Shown here: piece by piece, positions 1-16,041 of the stretch
Numbering within the stretch: position 1 is the first letter of the stretch
How the letters are laid out: every line of letters starts with the position of its first letter
Source: Eledone cirrhosa
Taxonomy: Eukaryota
DNA length: 64,000 nucleotides
Reading direction: 5' to 3'
Assembly: GCA_964016885.1 (NCBI GenBank)
Contig: CAXHJY010000193.1
Coordinates: forward strand, 1-64,000
Program-made: the position numbers and the translations under genes
The notes under the pieces: generated by a model
Told to the model about the DNA's origin: nothing
What the model saw: only the letters and a program-made list of their open reading frames with translations
Databases searched by the model: none

Positions 1-130
1 CCAACAAACTTAGTTTTTGACACTTCTTGCTCTGACCACACTAAGAAAATTACTAAGCCCCTACATTTTCTATTACACAATCCACTCTCACCCATGCATA
101 TCATGTGACAGGTCATAACACCATACAGCC
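1..130 (+). repeat. Interspersed repeat fragment, homologous to 30020-30135 (probable degenerate LINE 3' end)
   Basis: Both loci share agtttt(t/c)gaca...cttgctctg(a/g)(c/t)cacactaagaaaat(t/g)actaagcc...tcatgtgaca. Family not identified. Confidence 0.5.
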
Positions 131-295
131 TCTCTGATGCTTTGGATATTTCCACAATGCTGCTACACAGAAATGATGTTTAGTGATTTATTTATCGGTT
201 GCAGGAATTTATTATATATTTAATTAAATTTGTATTAAAAAATATTATATATTTAATTAATTTTATATAGAACTGTGATCCTTGAAGGTTCAATA

Positions 296-428
296 ATGGT
301 TTCTTCATCTGGCACAAGGCCAGTAATTTGAAGGGAAGGGGAAAAGTCAATTAAATAGTCCCTAGTGTGTGACTGGTACTTTACTTATCGATTTTGTAAA
401 GATGAAAGGCAAAGCTAACCTCGCTTCA
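296..428 (-). mobile_element. tRNA-derived SINE fragment (major family of this window)
   Basis: Reverse complement carries the family core tttgcctttcatc...gataagtaaagtaccag...ggccttgtgcc. Confidence 0.7.
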
Positions 429-1388
429 CTAAGGTCTGTGCCCTAGACGACTGCCTGGTTGGGTTTCACTGAAGTCTGTGCCCTAGACGACTGCCTAGTT
501 GGCCTTAATGATAGCATCTGACCTGCATATATGACTGCCTAGTTGATATTGTCTAAATTCCAATGCAAAAGCCTTGTTTCTAGGTTGGAAGTGCAGGCCC
601 TTTCTCTTATTGGTGGGACATTAATAAAATAAACTAAAATAAAAATAAAATTACAAGAACCTTACACACATGTTTGCACACAAACCAGCACGTGCATAAT
701 CACGTGTGCACACAGATATCGCACGCACCCTCTTCTGTGCAAATGCATTTGTATACAAACTGTATCTGTTAACTATACATACAAACAGAGCCTGCTAAGT
801 ATATACATACACACATACATCGGGTCTGCAAACTATACACACGTATATACATACATGCACACATACCATTTTTTTTCTTCTTTTAAATAGATAGCAATGA
901 AATCAGAGATTCTATATATCGCTAACGAACAACCAACATATATCCTAACAGACAGGCAGTCACATACATACATATGTATATGTACACATACACACATTAA
1001 GCTATACACTTGATTTCACCTTTTTATAAACCTATTTTTAAACCCATTTACACATTCGCATGTGTATGTATGTATATATATATATATATATATATACGCA
1101 CGCACACATAAACTATACATATATATACATTTTTGTGTCTGCGTTTATATATATATATATATATGTATGTATACACGATCACATGTACTAACACGAGCTA
1201 TGCGCTCGTAATTTTCCAACTTCCTTCATGTCTTTCCTTCTCATTTTTCGTTCATTTATTCCTCTCTTTCTTCGTATGTCCATTATCTTCTCTCCTTCAT
1301 TCGTCGTCTCCTATCTTTTTTTCTTTTCAATCATCTATCTCTTCTCGTTCCTTTCTCCGATTTCTTCCACTGGCCAACTCTCTCTCTC

Positions 1389-1423
<35 letters not shown>

Positions 1424-2250
1424 GCATGCATATATGTATAAATGAATGCATGCATGTATGTCTCTATGCATGCATATATGTATAAATGTACGCGTGTATA
1501 TGTATGAATGCTTCCTCTAATGTTAAAGCACTATTTAAGATCCTATCGTCGATGTTGTAAACTGACTTGTTAGTAAGTCTTTCTAAACCATGAGAAGAAA
1601 AGAAAGACAGATAGGAAGATAGATAGATAGATAGAAAGGAAGGAAAGAAGAGAGAGGAAAATAGATAAAGGAAGAACGGAAGGAGAGAAAGAACGACTAA
1701 ACTGACGAAACAATCACCCATTAAACCAACTAACAGACTTAACCACTCATTAAATCAACAATCAGAGCATTAGTCCAACATGTCATTAGACCAACAGACT
1801 ACATGTCCTGTCATGGACCTTTTTTTTTTTTTTTTTGCTACTAAACCAACAAGTCATTAGACTAACCACCCATTAGGCCGACCATCTGACCAGACCACGA
1901 GACCAACAAGCCATTAGACCTACCAACAGACTAACCATCCGTCAGACCATTAGACCAACAAGCCAGTCCCAAAACAGGAAGGGATGCTTAAAGGCGAGCA
2001 GTAGTAGTAGTAGTAGTAGTAGTAGAAGTGGGAGGAGTTAAGATGTGTAAAGCACTGCGGCCTAGATTAATTGCTGCCTGGAATAGATCGTTGGTATCTA
2101 TATTTAGACATAGACACACACACATACGTACACATGCTCACACACACATACACGTACATATACACACACTCACACATACACAGCTGGCTTGTATTAGTCA
2201 AGACAGACTGAAATGGTAGCTGGGAGGAAAGAGAAAGAGAGAGACAGACG

Positions 2251-2292
<42 letters not shown>

Positions 2293-2583
2293 CGTATATA
2301 TAAATATATATAAAATGTACACACACATTATATATGTATACATATGAGAGAAAGACAGACATTTATATATATATATATATATATATATGCGTGTCTGTGT
2401 ATGTATATCTAATCACATGCCAGTCATGTACGATCGCTATGGAGATGATGATAAGCTCGTTCCTCTTCAAATAACTTCTTTTCGTGGTAGCGGTTGGTAG
2501 TTTTGGTAGCGTCAGTTTAGCCCTAGGTCAGTCATGGTAGATCATGATCAGAACACATTCCAGTTGTGACCATTACCGTCCGT

Positions 2584-2644
<61 letters not shown>

Positions 2645-3421
2645 CTGCATTGTCGAATGTGCACTTCCTGCTTGTTTTTTCAAGCATTAATTTCAAGGAG
2701 ATTTTTAGCTGCTATTTCCAGCAGGGCGAGGAATAGCGACCACATAGTCTTCCTTAGCCATTCCAGTCATGATCATCCTCCCTCTTCGTTTTTTATTTTT
2801 TTATTTTTGTATATCTATGGATGCATTGTCGAATGTGCACTTCCTGTTCGTTGTTTTTAAGGAATTTTGGGCTGCAATTTCTAGCAGGTCGAGCAATATC
2901 GCATTGGCTCGTGAGATAGGTGGTGGGCTATGAGGATGGGTGCAAAGTGTGTGTGCGTGCGTGTGCGGCTTCCCTACTCCACGGTGTAATTTTTGTGAGA
3001 AAAGCGAGGGTCAATGGCCTTGACCTTTACAGGTTTATCTCCCTCCCAGCCTGTTGAAGTTAATGTGGCTGATGTCTAGTTAGTACATCTGTAGGTCAGC
3101 TTGTATATCTTGTAAGGTCAATATGTCTGCTAGGAACACGTGAGGTGGTGGTGGTGATGACGATGGTGGGGGAGGAGGAAGAAAGCTGGGTGTGTGTGTT
3201 TGTGGGAGTGGTTCGAGGCGACGTCTGCTCGGAATGTGTTTAACAGCTACAGTTACCCCTACACTCGGTGAGTAAGGCATAAAGGATACACACACACATA
3301 ACACACAGCGGGTGAGACTCGGGGACCGTGGAGGTGTGTTTTTGGTGGTGGTGATGGTGGTGGGTAATAGAGAAATAAGGGCGCGTGCATTCACACTCAC
3401 AATACACATGCACTCACAGAT

Positions 3422-3458
<37 letters not shown>

Positions 3459-3687
3459 CATATATATAGTATATGTAAGTGAAAATTTAAAATGCTTGTT
3501 TTTTCTTCTTGGGCGGCCGCCAACATGCAGATAACTATAAATGATAGTTGAATAGGTCGGGTAAAGTACCCGTGGACATGGAAAAAAAAAAGTGAGCCGA
3601 AATGCCAGCGGGCATTGAACCTTGTATCTTCCTAGTGATGTTAAAATGCCGAAATACGTTCTTATTTGGTACCTTATAATTCCAAAA

Positions 3688-3923
3688 GGGCAGTGGATTG
3701 GCAGTATCGGTAGAGCGTCGGACACCAAGCTTTGTGACTTGTAGTTACGTCCCTTTACGTTGAGAGTTCAAATCTCGCCACGGTTAACTTTGCCTTTCAT
3801 CCTTATGGGGGCGGGGAGTCGATAAAATAAAGTACCAGTAATACATTGGGGTCGATTTGATCGACTTTCCTCAAATTTCCTCAAATTGCAGGCCTTGTGC
3901 CAAAAGTAGCAACCATTATTATT
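3688..3923 (+). mobile_element. tRNA-derived SINE, near full length (central domain resembles the MetaSINE-type domain, from recall)
   Basis: A-box-like ttggcagtatcggtagagcgtcggac, B-box-like gagttcaaatctcgcc, core ctttgcctttcatcctt..ggggtcgataaaataaagtaccag, 3' ggccttgtgccaaaagtag..(att)n tail. Many copies in the window. Confidence 0.8.
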
Positions 3924-4338
3924 TAGCATGGAAAGTTTTGGGTGGGTTTACAACCTACCCCCACCACTATAAGCTGAAAGATGGGTGGGGGAAGTGGTTA
4001 TGGAGAGTTTATGTTGACTATTAAATAATTAAAAATAAAAAAAGTTCGTTTATTTAAAATATAATTAAAATAGACTTGAAAAGAAAAATTCTCCACACAG
4101 CCACACCCCGATTTAACGAATATAAAATTTTGCTTTTTAACTTCCACGGAACGAAACCTTTAAACCAGTTATCCATAAACGTGAGGGTTTGGGGTGAGAT
4201 TTGAGCTTTCCAGTGGCGGAGGGAAGAAGTTATTTCAGAATTTGGGGCCTTGTTTTTGTTGTATATATATTAATTAATGTTGATTTTTAACGGCGATAAA
4301 TGTTAAATTAGATTTATGTAAGTCTCGTAATCACCATC

Positions 4339-4990
4339 GTTATGTAACATACAGTGTTATATACAATAGTACTAATATTAAATTAATATAGGTCTGTTAA
4401 TGTTATGTAATATACAGTGTTATATACAATAGTACTAATATTAAATTAATATAGGTCTGCTAATGTTATGTAATATACAGCATTATATACAAGCTTACTA
4501 ATATTAAATTGATATGTCTGTTAATATTATGACTACTAATATAAATTTATAGCTGTGAATGTTATGTAATAAATTGTATTATATACAAGATGACTAATAT
4601 TTTATTAATATTAAATTAATGTAAATCTATTAATGTTATATAATAAATATTATATGCAATATTACTAATGGATTAATATAAGTCTGTTTATGTTATGTAA
4701 TAAACAGTATTATTTACTATATTATATACTATACATGGCTAGCAATATTATATTAATGTAAATCTGTTAATGTTATGTAATAAACAGTATTACATATAAG
4801 GCTACCAATATTAAATTAGTATAAGCCTGTTAATGTTATGTAATGTGCAGTATTATATATAAGGCTACTAATATTAAATTAATATAAATCCGTTAATGTT
4901 ATGTAATGTGCAGTATTACATATAAGGCTACCAATATTAAATTAGTATAAGCCTGTTAATGTTATGTAATAAACAGTATTATATACATGA
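4339..4990. repeat. AT-rich minisatellite, ~63-bp unit, ~10 diverged copies
   Basis: Recurring gttaatgttatgtaat..cagt.ttata...tactaatattaaattaatata; first two units start at 4339 and 4402. Confidence 0.85.
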
Positions 4991-5324
4991 CTATTTTCTT
5001 CCTGCCATATGTGGGGGTGGGTGGAGTGGGATTATGAAACGGCCACACACACATACACCATGCACGCACACAACACACGCACACACACCCCACATACACA
5101 CTCGTAGTTTTTATTTTTATTTTTATCCCAGAGCGCTACAGGCTTCTCATCTTCCGCTTCTGGAACACCTGTTAGTAGTAGTAGCAGCAGTGGTAGTATT
5201 GGTAGTAGTAGCAGAAGCAAGGATATGAGCCCTGATGAAAGCAGACCGCTGATCAAAGACATTCCAGTTTTTCAGTCTAGCAGATTATATTTATGTCTTT
5301 CCTTTTTGAAAACATTTTTTGAAA

Positions 5325-5522
5325 TCTGGCTGCTATTTTTGGCATGTCGAAGGGTTTGACTTGAAAATTTGGCTGCTATTTCTAGCATGTTGAAGGGTTG
5401 AACTTGGAAATCTGATTGCTATTTCTAGCATGTCGAAGGGTTGGATTTGGAAATTTGGCTGCTATTTCTAGCGTGTTGAAGGGTTGGATTTAGAAATGTG
5501 GCTGCTATTTCTAGCATGTCGA
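5325..5522. repeat. ~43-bp tandem repeat (about 5 copies) derived from a dispersed repeat motif
   Basis: tggctgctatttctagcatgtcgaagggttgga.ttggaaat is repeated. The gctgctatttctagc motif also occurs singly at e.g. 2708, 33914 and 35278. Confidence 0.8.
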
Positions 5523-5656
5523 TAAAAGTGGCCACAGAGACTGGAACATATGTTTCTCCCTCCCCCGCCGCCCTTCCCCCTCTCATGTTTGTTTCTGTTT
5601 CTCTCTTCTCTCTACATATTTAAGTTTCAGGTGTAAATGATAAACACACACACACG

Positions 5657-5660
5657 TATG

Positions 5661-5696
<36 letters not shown>

Positions 5697-5726
5697 TATA
5701 TATATGTATGTATGTATGTATATATG

Positions 5727-5798
<72 letters not shown>

Positions 5799-5898
5799 TA
5801 TGTATGTATATATATATATGTATGTATATATATATATGTATGTGTATATATATATATGTATGTATATATATATATATGTGTATATATATATATGTATG

Positions 5899-5967
<69 letters not shown>

Positions 5968-6012
5968 TATGTATGTATGTATGTATGTATGTATGTATGT
6001 GTATGTATGTAT
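5657..6012. repeat. (TA)n/(TATG)n microsatellite
   Basis: Directly visible. Confidence 0.95.
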
Positions 6013-7857
6013 AAGCTGTGGAATCGCTTCTTGACTTCATGGATGATTTCTTCCTATCCCAACTGGTGCTCGAACCAACGAGGTGCCACAAAAACGTCCT
6101 AGACTTAATTTTCAGCAATCCTGATATGGCCGATCTGGGCTGTATCGGCGATGTTACTCCCCATTACACCTTATCGGACATAACGTTTGGCGCCCCTGAT
6201 GTCTTGGCGGCAATAAAGGAAATCAAGCATAATTCAGCAGTAGGTCCCGATAGGTTCCCTGCTTGTGTCTTGAAGGCGTGTCAACACCAACTTGCATCTC
6301 CTCTTGCCAATCTGTGGCGGAACTCACTGGATGCTGGATATGTGCCAGAAAACCTTCTATCCCAGTCTGTTGTCCCAGTTTTCAAAAAGGGAAACAAATC
6401 CCTTGCCGTGAATTACCGTCCAATCTCACTCACCTCTCATATCATTAAGGTATTTGAGCGAGTGGTGAGATCGCGAATGACCCACTTCCTTGAGAGTAAC
6501 AATATGCTGAACTCCAACCAGCATGGATTCCGTAATGGAAGGGATTGCCTGATGCAGCTACTGCATCACTTTGATGACATTTTGAGAGCCTTGGGAGAGG
6601 GTTCCAACACTGATGTTATCTACCTTGATTTCAGCAAGGCCTTTGACAGGGTTGATCATAACATTCTACTGAGAAAGCTGTCCAATATTGGTGTCACTGG
6701 AAAGCTGCTGCAGTGGATCAAGAGCTTCCTGTCAAACAGAACCCAACATGTTGTAGTTGAGGGAGTCAAATCAAGCCCAGCCAAAGTCAGTAGTGGGGTC
6801 CCACAAGGCACTGTGTTGGGCCCACTTCTCTTCATCATCTATATTAATGACATCACTGACATCATCAAACACAGCAACATTAAAATTTTCGCTGATGATT
6901 CCAAGCTCCAAAAGGTCATCAATGGCGTGGATGACCGGATAAGCCTTCAGTCAGACCTACTGGCTGTTACCCAATGGGCAGAAAAGAACAACATGTTACT
7001 GAACGAAGACAAATTCGAACTGATCCACTTTGGAAAAGAGGATGCTCTGAAACTCCCGTACTCCCTTCCCTCCGAGGAAACTCTCGTGGCATCTAACATC
7101 AGAGACTTGGGAGTAACCGTGGACAGCAACATAAGCTGGACCACGCATATAAGCAGCAAAGTTGACATGGCCCGCAGAATGTGTTCCTGGATCCTCAGAA
7201 CCTTCCAGTCGAGAGATTCCCGCACCATTATCCTTCTCTTCTCTACTTTCGCCCGACCACACCTTGAATACTGTTGTCCACTGTGGTCTCCCCACACGAA
7301 ACAAAGTATCATGAAACTTGAAGCTCCTCAAAGGGCAATCATGAAAAAGATAGATGGCATGTCAGACCTTGACTACTGGGGTCGATTAGAAAACCTGAAA
7401 CTTTACTCACTCCAACGTCGCCGTGAGCGTTATATTATCTGCATGATGTGGAAAATGTTCCATCATCACTGCCCAAATGATGTTGGCATCGCCTTCAAGA
7501 TACACCCAAGGCTTTGGCCCCGTGCTATCCGTCCCATTCAAAAATCTAAATCGCAACTCATAACAACAATACGGCACAATTATTTCACCTCAATCGGCCC
7601 TGCTCTCTTCAACATCACACCAGGACACGTCAAAACAGAAACTGACCACACAAAATTCAAGAAGTCTTTGGACAAATTCCTCCAAGTAATCCCGGACAAA
7701 CCACCCACACCCGGATATGTCTTCGCAAACAGTAATTCTCTTCTCGAATGGGCCATGGTGCCCAAATCCTGAATTGAAAGACTTCGCCAGGTGGTGCTAT
7801 TAAGTTAGACATGGCCTGGGCCAATACTGGCCAAAACATTTCAAAGTTATTCAAAGT

Positions 7858-7860
<3 letters not shown>
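6013..7860 (+). mobile_element. 5'-truncated, internally deleted CR1-group LINE (family 1), inserted in (TA/TATG)n
   Basis: RT ORF, short 3' UTR and ttcaaagtta-type tail running into microsatellite; both ends abut (TATG)n. Confidence 0.9.
6018..7772 (+). CDS. LINE ORF2 remnant (endonuclease C-terminus fused to reverse transcriptase), 584 aa open frame
   Basis: [12 protein letters not shown] (EN end), [84 protein letters not shown]. Probably not translated on its own because it is 5'-truncated. Confidence 0.85.
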   Translation: MESLLDFMDDFFLSQLVLEPTRCHKNVLDLIFSNPDMADLGCIGDVTPHYTLSDITFGAPDVLAAIKEIKHNSAVGPDRFPACVLKACQHQLASPLANLWRNSLDAGYVPENLLSQSVVPVFKKGNKSLAVNYRPISLTSHIIKVFERVVRSRMTHFLESNNMLNSNQHGFRNGRDCLMQLLHHFDDILRALGEGSNTDVIYLDFSKAFDRVDHNILLRKLSNIGVTGKLLQWIKSFLSNRTQHVVVEGVKSSPAKVSSGVPQGTVLGPLLFIIYINDITDIIKHSNIKIFADDSKLQKVINGVDDRISLQSDLLAVTQWAEKNNMLLNEDKFELIHFGKEDALKLPYSLPSEETLVASNIRDLGVTVDSNISWTTHISSKVDMARRMCSWILRTFQSRDSRTIILLFSTFARPHLEYCCPLWSPHTKQSIMKLEAPQRAIMKKIDGMSDLDYWGRLENLKLYSLQRRRERYIICMMWKMFHHHCPNDVGIAFKIHPRLWPRAIRPIQKSKSQLITTIRHNYFTSIGPALFNITPGHVKTETDHTKFKKSLDKFLQVIPDKPPTPGYVFANSNSLLEWAMVPKS

Positions 7861-12096
<4,236 letters not shown>

Positions 12097-12106
12097 AGAA
12101 AAGAAA

Positions 12107-12874
12107 TTGAGAAAAGAAATTGAGAAGGCGTATGTCCTCATAGCGCCTCATATGGCGATGCTAAGCCGTGTCCTCAGGGAGGAGAAAACCGAAGGGAGGG
12201 ATGAGGAGAAGGAGAGGGAAAAGGAAGAGGAAAAAGAAAAGGAGGAGAGCACAAGCACGGACCTGAAAGAAAATGATATACCCTCCGCTACAAGCAGGGA
12301 GGGCAGGCCGGGCAACCAACAAGCTAAGGGCAAAGGTGAAAAGCGAAATCACCTTCCGAAGGAGAACCAAGCGCAGAGGGACCAGTGGACAATTGTTCAA
12401 AGAAAGAACAGAAAGCACCGAGACACTGGGAGCAAAAAACCCCAAGTAATGTGCAAGTTTTTCAAGAACGGGACATGCTGGCATGGAGAGACAGGGATGG
12501 GATGCAGATTCGCCCACCCTAGGTCTCAAACGAACTATGCCCATCATACTCGCGCAACATGCCCCAGCCAAAGCCGAAATAAGCCGCTCCAGAAGTATGC
12601 TGATGTCGCGCGTGCTGCACCAACAAGGAGAAGGCACGCACATGCCGACGAGATACAGATGGCAGCAGCAGATCAGAAAAATTTTTTAGTGATGGCAGAG
12701 AAGATTGTGGGACAGCTGACCTGGCTGCATCGTCTCCAGAGCCAGGGTCATCCACACCAGCACTCGAGACCACCGCAGTTAAGGGACCCAGAGTGGCCGC
12801 CGCTGACACCAGACCAGGTGTCATACCGACAGCCATTACTGGCACCCCAAAAGTCACACCATTGCTGCTGCTGA
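12107..12874 (+). CDS. LINE ORF1 (C-terminal part) with CCCH-type zinc finger
   Basis: Open frame with [22 protein letters not shown] (C-x7-C-x8-C-x3-H) after a basic [10 protein letters not shown] motif. It lies directly upstream of and overlaps ORF2. No true start (truncated). Confidence 0.75.
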   Translation: MRKEIEKAYVLIAPHMAMLSRVLREEKTEGRDEEKEREKEEEKEKEESTSTDLKENDIPSATSREGRPGNQQAKGKGEKRNHLPKENQAQRDQWTIVQRKNRKHRDTGSKKPQVMCKFFKNGTCWHGETGMGCRFAHPRSQTNYAHHTRATCPSQSRNKPLQKYADVARAAPTRRRHAHADEIQMAAADQKNFLVMAEKIVGQLTWLHRLQSQGHPHQHSRPPQLRDPEWPPLTPDQVSYRQPLLAPQKSHHCCC

Positions 12875-15834
12875 ATGTCAGGGGCCTGGTGAAACTCAGC
12901 AACATGAGTAAAATTTCCTACCTGGGAGACTTAGCCATAAGCAATCAAGCACTATGCATGGCACTAACCGAAACGCACCTGACAAGCAGTATAGCAGATG
13001 CAGAAATACATATACCGAAATATACTGTATTTCGTTCGGACAGGAAGGAGAGAACTCATGGTGGGGTTGCTCTGTATATCCGTGAAGATGTCACACCAAT
13101 TGTACTGTTGACACATTCAAACTCAGTCTGTGACACACTGATAATACATATGAAGCAACTACAGACGGTAATATGTGTCACATATCGGCTGCCCGATGCC
13201 CCCAGTCATGAGGGTAAATTTGAGGATAGCCTAAGTAGGATAGAAGAGGTCCTTGACAAACTGGACCAGGGTCTCAACATCCTACTGCTGGGAGACTTCA
13301 ACCTACCAAACGTCAAATGGCCTGAGGGCCACCTCCTCCCTGGAATGACGTCAATAGAACAGAGACAGACGGAATCCCTGCTGGCCCTCACACACAGGCT
13401 GTTCATGGAGCAAGCAATACTCCTCCCAACAAGAGGCGAAAATGTCCTGGACCTCTGTTTTACAAACAACGAAGTGCTCATCCACAATGTAAAGGTGACA
13501 CCAACAATTCTCTCGGATCATAACTTGGTAGAGCTAATGATATGTGGTCCAAGAGAACCAACAGAGACAAAACCACCAAGAAGCTCCGGGACGCTATCCA
13601 GCCTTAACTTCTACGGGGCTGACTGGAAGAGGATTAAGAGTGAAATCCGGAAGCAAACATGGAGTGCAAACATCGCCACAAAAGACACTAACACACAATT
13701 TCAACACTTCATGACAACGATACACACCATATGCAAAAAGTGTGTCCCGGAGAAAGAGGCAAACAGACACAAAAATCTTATTCCCAGAGATAGGAAAATC
13801 CTTATGAGACGTAGAACTAAACTCTCAAACCAGTTGAATAGTCAACAAAACCAAAACAAGAAGGAATCCTATTTGAAACGTGCACTACTTGACACCGAGA
13901 TTGCACTCAAGCTTTCACATGAGAATGAGAGGGCAAGGAAAGAGAACAGGGCCATAGAAAACATTAAAACAAACCCTAAGGCCTTCTTTAAATTTGCAAA
14001 AGAAACTGCCTCAGTACACTGCAAGATTGGACCACTCTTCCACACGGACGGTTCATTAACCGAAAATCCCCAAGAGATATGTGAAATACTGAACGAACAG
14101 TACAAAAGTGTCTTCACATGTCCACTGAGGCACATGCAAATAACGAAGCCAGAGGAGTTCTTTGATGCCACAACACTACATCAAGAAATGGCAACCATCA
14201 ACCACATAGACATAACGGAGGAGGATGTGGTGTACGCCATTGATGAAATTAGAACAGACTCGGCTGCTGGACCTGATGGATTCCCAGCAGTTCTCCTAAA
14301 AATATGTAAGCGGGCCTTAGCAACTCCACTGAAGATGCTCTTCAGAAGCTCCTTGGCTAGCGGTGTACTACCCAGGGAGCTGAAAGAAGGCACAATATGC
14401 CCTATCCATAAAGGAGGTAGTAGAGCGGAGGCCAAGAACTATAGGCCAGTCTCCCTGACGTCGCATATCAGTAAGGTCATGGAGCGAGTCGTCAGAAAGA
14501 AACTAATCACTTTCCTCGAAGAAAATGACCGCCTGACTAGCACGCAACATGGCTTCCGCCCAGGAAGAAGCTGCCTTACACAGCTGCTACATCACTACGA
14601 CTGGGTACTGAGACAGCTACTAGACAGCTCACATGTAGACGTGATATATCTTGACTTTGCGAAGGCCTTTGACAAGGTCGACCACGGAATGATATGTCAC
14701 AAACTACACGGACTCGGCATAACTGGAAAAGTAGGTGAGTGGCTGCATGGCTTCCTGAGGGACAGAAGCCAGGCAGTCGCAGCAAATGGGGCCCTCTCGA
14801 GGGAAACACCGATAACAAGTGGGGTGCCTCAGGGGACAGTCCTGGGACCACTACTGTTTTTGGTGGCTCTCTCGGACATGCCCTCTGTGGTGCATGCAAC
14901 AACATCCCTCACTAGCTATGCTGATGACACTAAGGTAGCACAGGCAATCAAAAACCCGGCTGACGCTGCCCTCTTACAGCAGGATCTGGATGCCATATAC
15001 AGATGGGCGGAAGAAAACAACATGCAGTTTAATGCTGGCAAATTCCAAGCCCTACAATACAAACCTGCAAACACAAACACAAATATAGCGGAACACAGCT
15101 ACACAGGACCAGGAGGGACCGATATCCCCGTGTCAAAATCGATACGAGACCTGGGCATAGACATGAGCGATGATGCATCTTTTTCTTCACACATCATGAA
15201 GGTGGCGACAGCATGTAGACGATTCGCTGGCTGGATCTTGAGGACTTTCCTTACAAGAGATCGAGACACCATGTTGACACTGTGGAGGACTTTTGTCCTA
15301 AGCCGCCTGGACTACTGCTCCCAGCTGTGGTCACCCCATAGTGTCGGACTAACCACAGAGCTTGAGGCAATCCAGCGAAGCTACACCAAGAGGATTGCCG
15401 AGATGAGGGAGACAAGCTACTGGGAGAGGCTGAAGGAACTGAACCTCTACTCCTTGGAGCGAAGACGGGAGAGATACGCAGTGATCTACATGTGGAAAAT
15501 CCTGGAGGGACTAGCACCAAACTTTGGCATTGGGAGCTGGACCAACCGTCGAACAGGACGTCACTGTGTGGTGCCAAAGGTCCCGTCTTCCACATCTAGA
15601 ATAAGGAGCAGGTATTGCAATAGCCTGGGATTCAAGGGCCCTCAACTCTTCAACAGGCTGCCGAGGCATCTGCGAGACTTGCATGACGTGGAGGTGGATG
15701 TCTTTAAGAAACATCTCGACACCTTGTTATCCAGGATCCCGGATGAGCCCACAGCAAGACACGAGGGAAACCTAAGGGCAGCAGCAACAAACTCCCTCCT
15801 ACACCAGTGGCCAACCTATACAGGCTGGAGATAA
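12793..15834 (+). CDS. LINE ORF2: AP-endonuclease + reverse transcriptase, 1013 aa uninterrupted
   Basis: EN motifs LNVRGL, LTETHL, DR..R.HGGVALY, LLGDFN, PTRGENVLDL, SDH. RT motifs [44 protein letters not shown]. The frame is actually open from 12604; the real start mechanism is uncertain (see findings). Confidence 0.93.
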   Translation: MAAADTRPGVIPTAITGTPKVTPLLLLNVRGLVKLSNMSKISYLGDLAISNQALCMALTETHLTSSIADAEIHIPKYTVFRSDRKERTHGGVALYIREDVTPIVLLTHSNSVCDTLIIHMKQLQTVICVTYRLPDAPSHEGKFEDSLSRIEEVLDKLDQGLNILLLGDFNLPNVKWPEGHLLPGMTSIEQRQTESLLALTHRLFMEQAILLPTRGENVLDLCFTNNEVLIHNVKVTPTILSDHNLVELMICGPREPTETKPPRSSGTLSSLNFYGADWKRIKSEIRKQTWSANIATKDTNTQFQHFMTTIHTICKKCVPEKEANRHKNLIPRDRKILMRRRTKLSNQLNSQQNQNKKESYLKRALLDTEIALKLSHENERARKENRAIENIKTNPKAFFKFAKETASVHCKIGPLFHTDGSLTENPQEICEILNEQYKSVFTCPLRHMQITKPEEFFDATTLHQEMATINHIDITEEDVVYAIDEIRTDSAAGPDGFPAVLLKICKRALATPLKMLFRSSLASGVLPRELKEGTICPIHKGGSRAEAKNYRPVSLTSHISKVMERVVRKKLITFLEENDRLTSTQHGFRPGRSCLTQLLHHYDWVLRQLLDSSHVDVIYLDFAKAFDKVDHGMICHKLHGLGITGKVGEWLHGFLRDRSQAVAANGALSRETPITSGVPQGTVLGPLLFLVALSDMPSVVHATTSLTSYADDTKVAQAIKNPADAALLQQDLDAIYRWAEENNMQFNAGKFQALQYKPANTNTNIAEHSYTGPGGTDIPVSKSIRDLGIDMSDDASFSSHIMKVATACRRFAGWILRTFLTRDRDTMLTLWRTFVLSRLDYCSQLWSPHSVGLTTELEAIQRSYTKRIAEMRETSYWERLKELNLYSLERRRERYAVIYMWKILEGLAPNFGIGSWTNRRTGRHCVVPKVPSSTSRIRSRYCNSLGFKGPQLFNRLPRHLRDLHDVEVDVFKKHLDTLLSRIPDEPTARHEGNLRAAATNSLLHQWPTYTGWR

Positions 15835-16041
15835 AATGTGTAACAACAAGGGCGGTGCCCCAGCATGGCCTCAGCCGGATGGCTGAAACAGGTAAAAGAG
15901 TAAAAGAGTAAAAGAGTATATGTATATACATACATATATACATACATACATATATATATATATACATACATATATACATACATATATACATACATACATA
16001 CATATATACATACATACATATATATATATACATACATATAT

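Larger units (their letters stand above)
12093..15917 (+). mobile_element. Near-complete CR1-group LINE (family 2), 5'-truncated within ORF1, ORF2 intact
   Basis: ORF1 C-terminal part, overlapping APE-RT ORF2, 3' UTR ggcggtgccccagcatggcc and (gtaaaaga)x3 tail into (TA)n. Short gaaaagaaattga duplication at the 5' junction. Confidence 0.93.

Noticed and set aside
2990-3125. Cluster of nuclear-receptor half sites (tggccttgacct, aaggtca) as an enhancer
   Set aside because: Short motifs are expected by chance in 64 kb, and no conservation data are available.
12869-12877. TGAATG at the ORF1 stop as a translational-coupling signal for ORF2
   Set aside because: That ATG (12875) is in the ORF1 frame, not the ORF2 frame.
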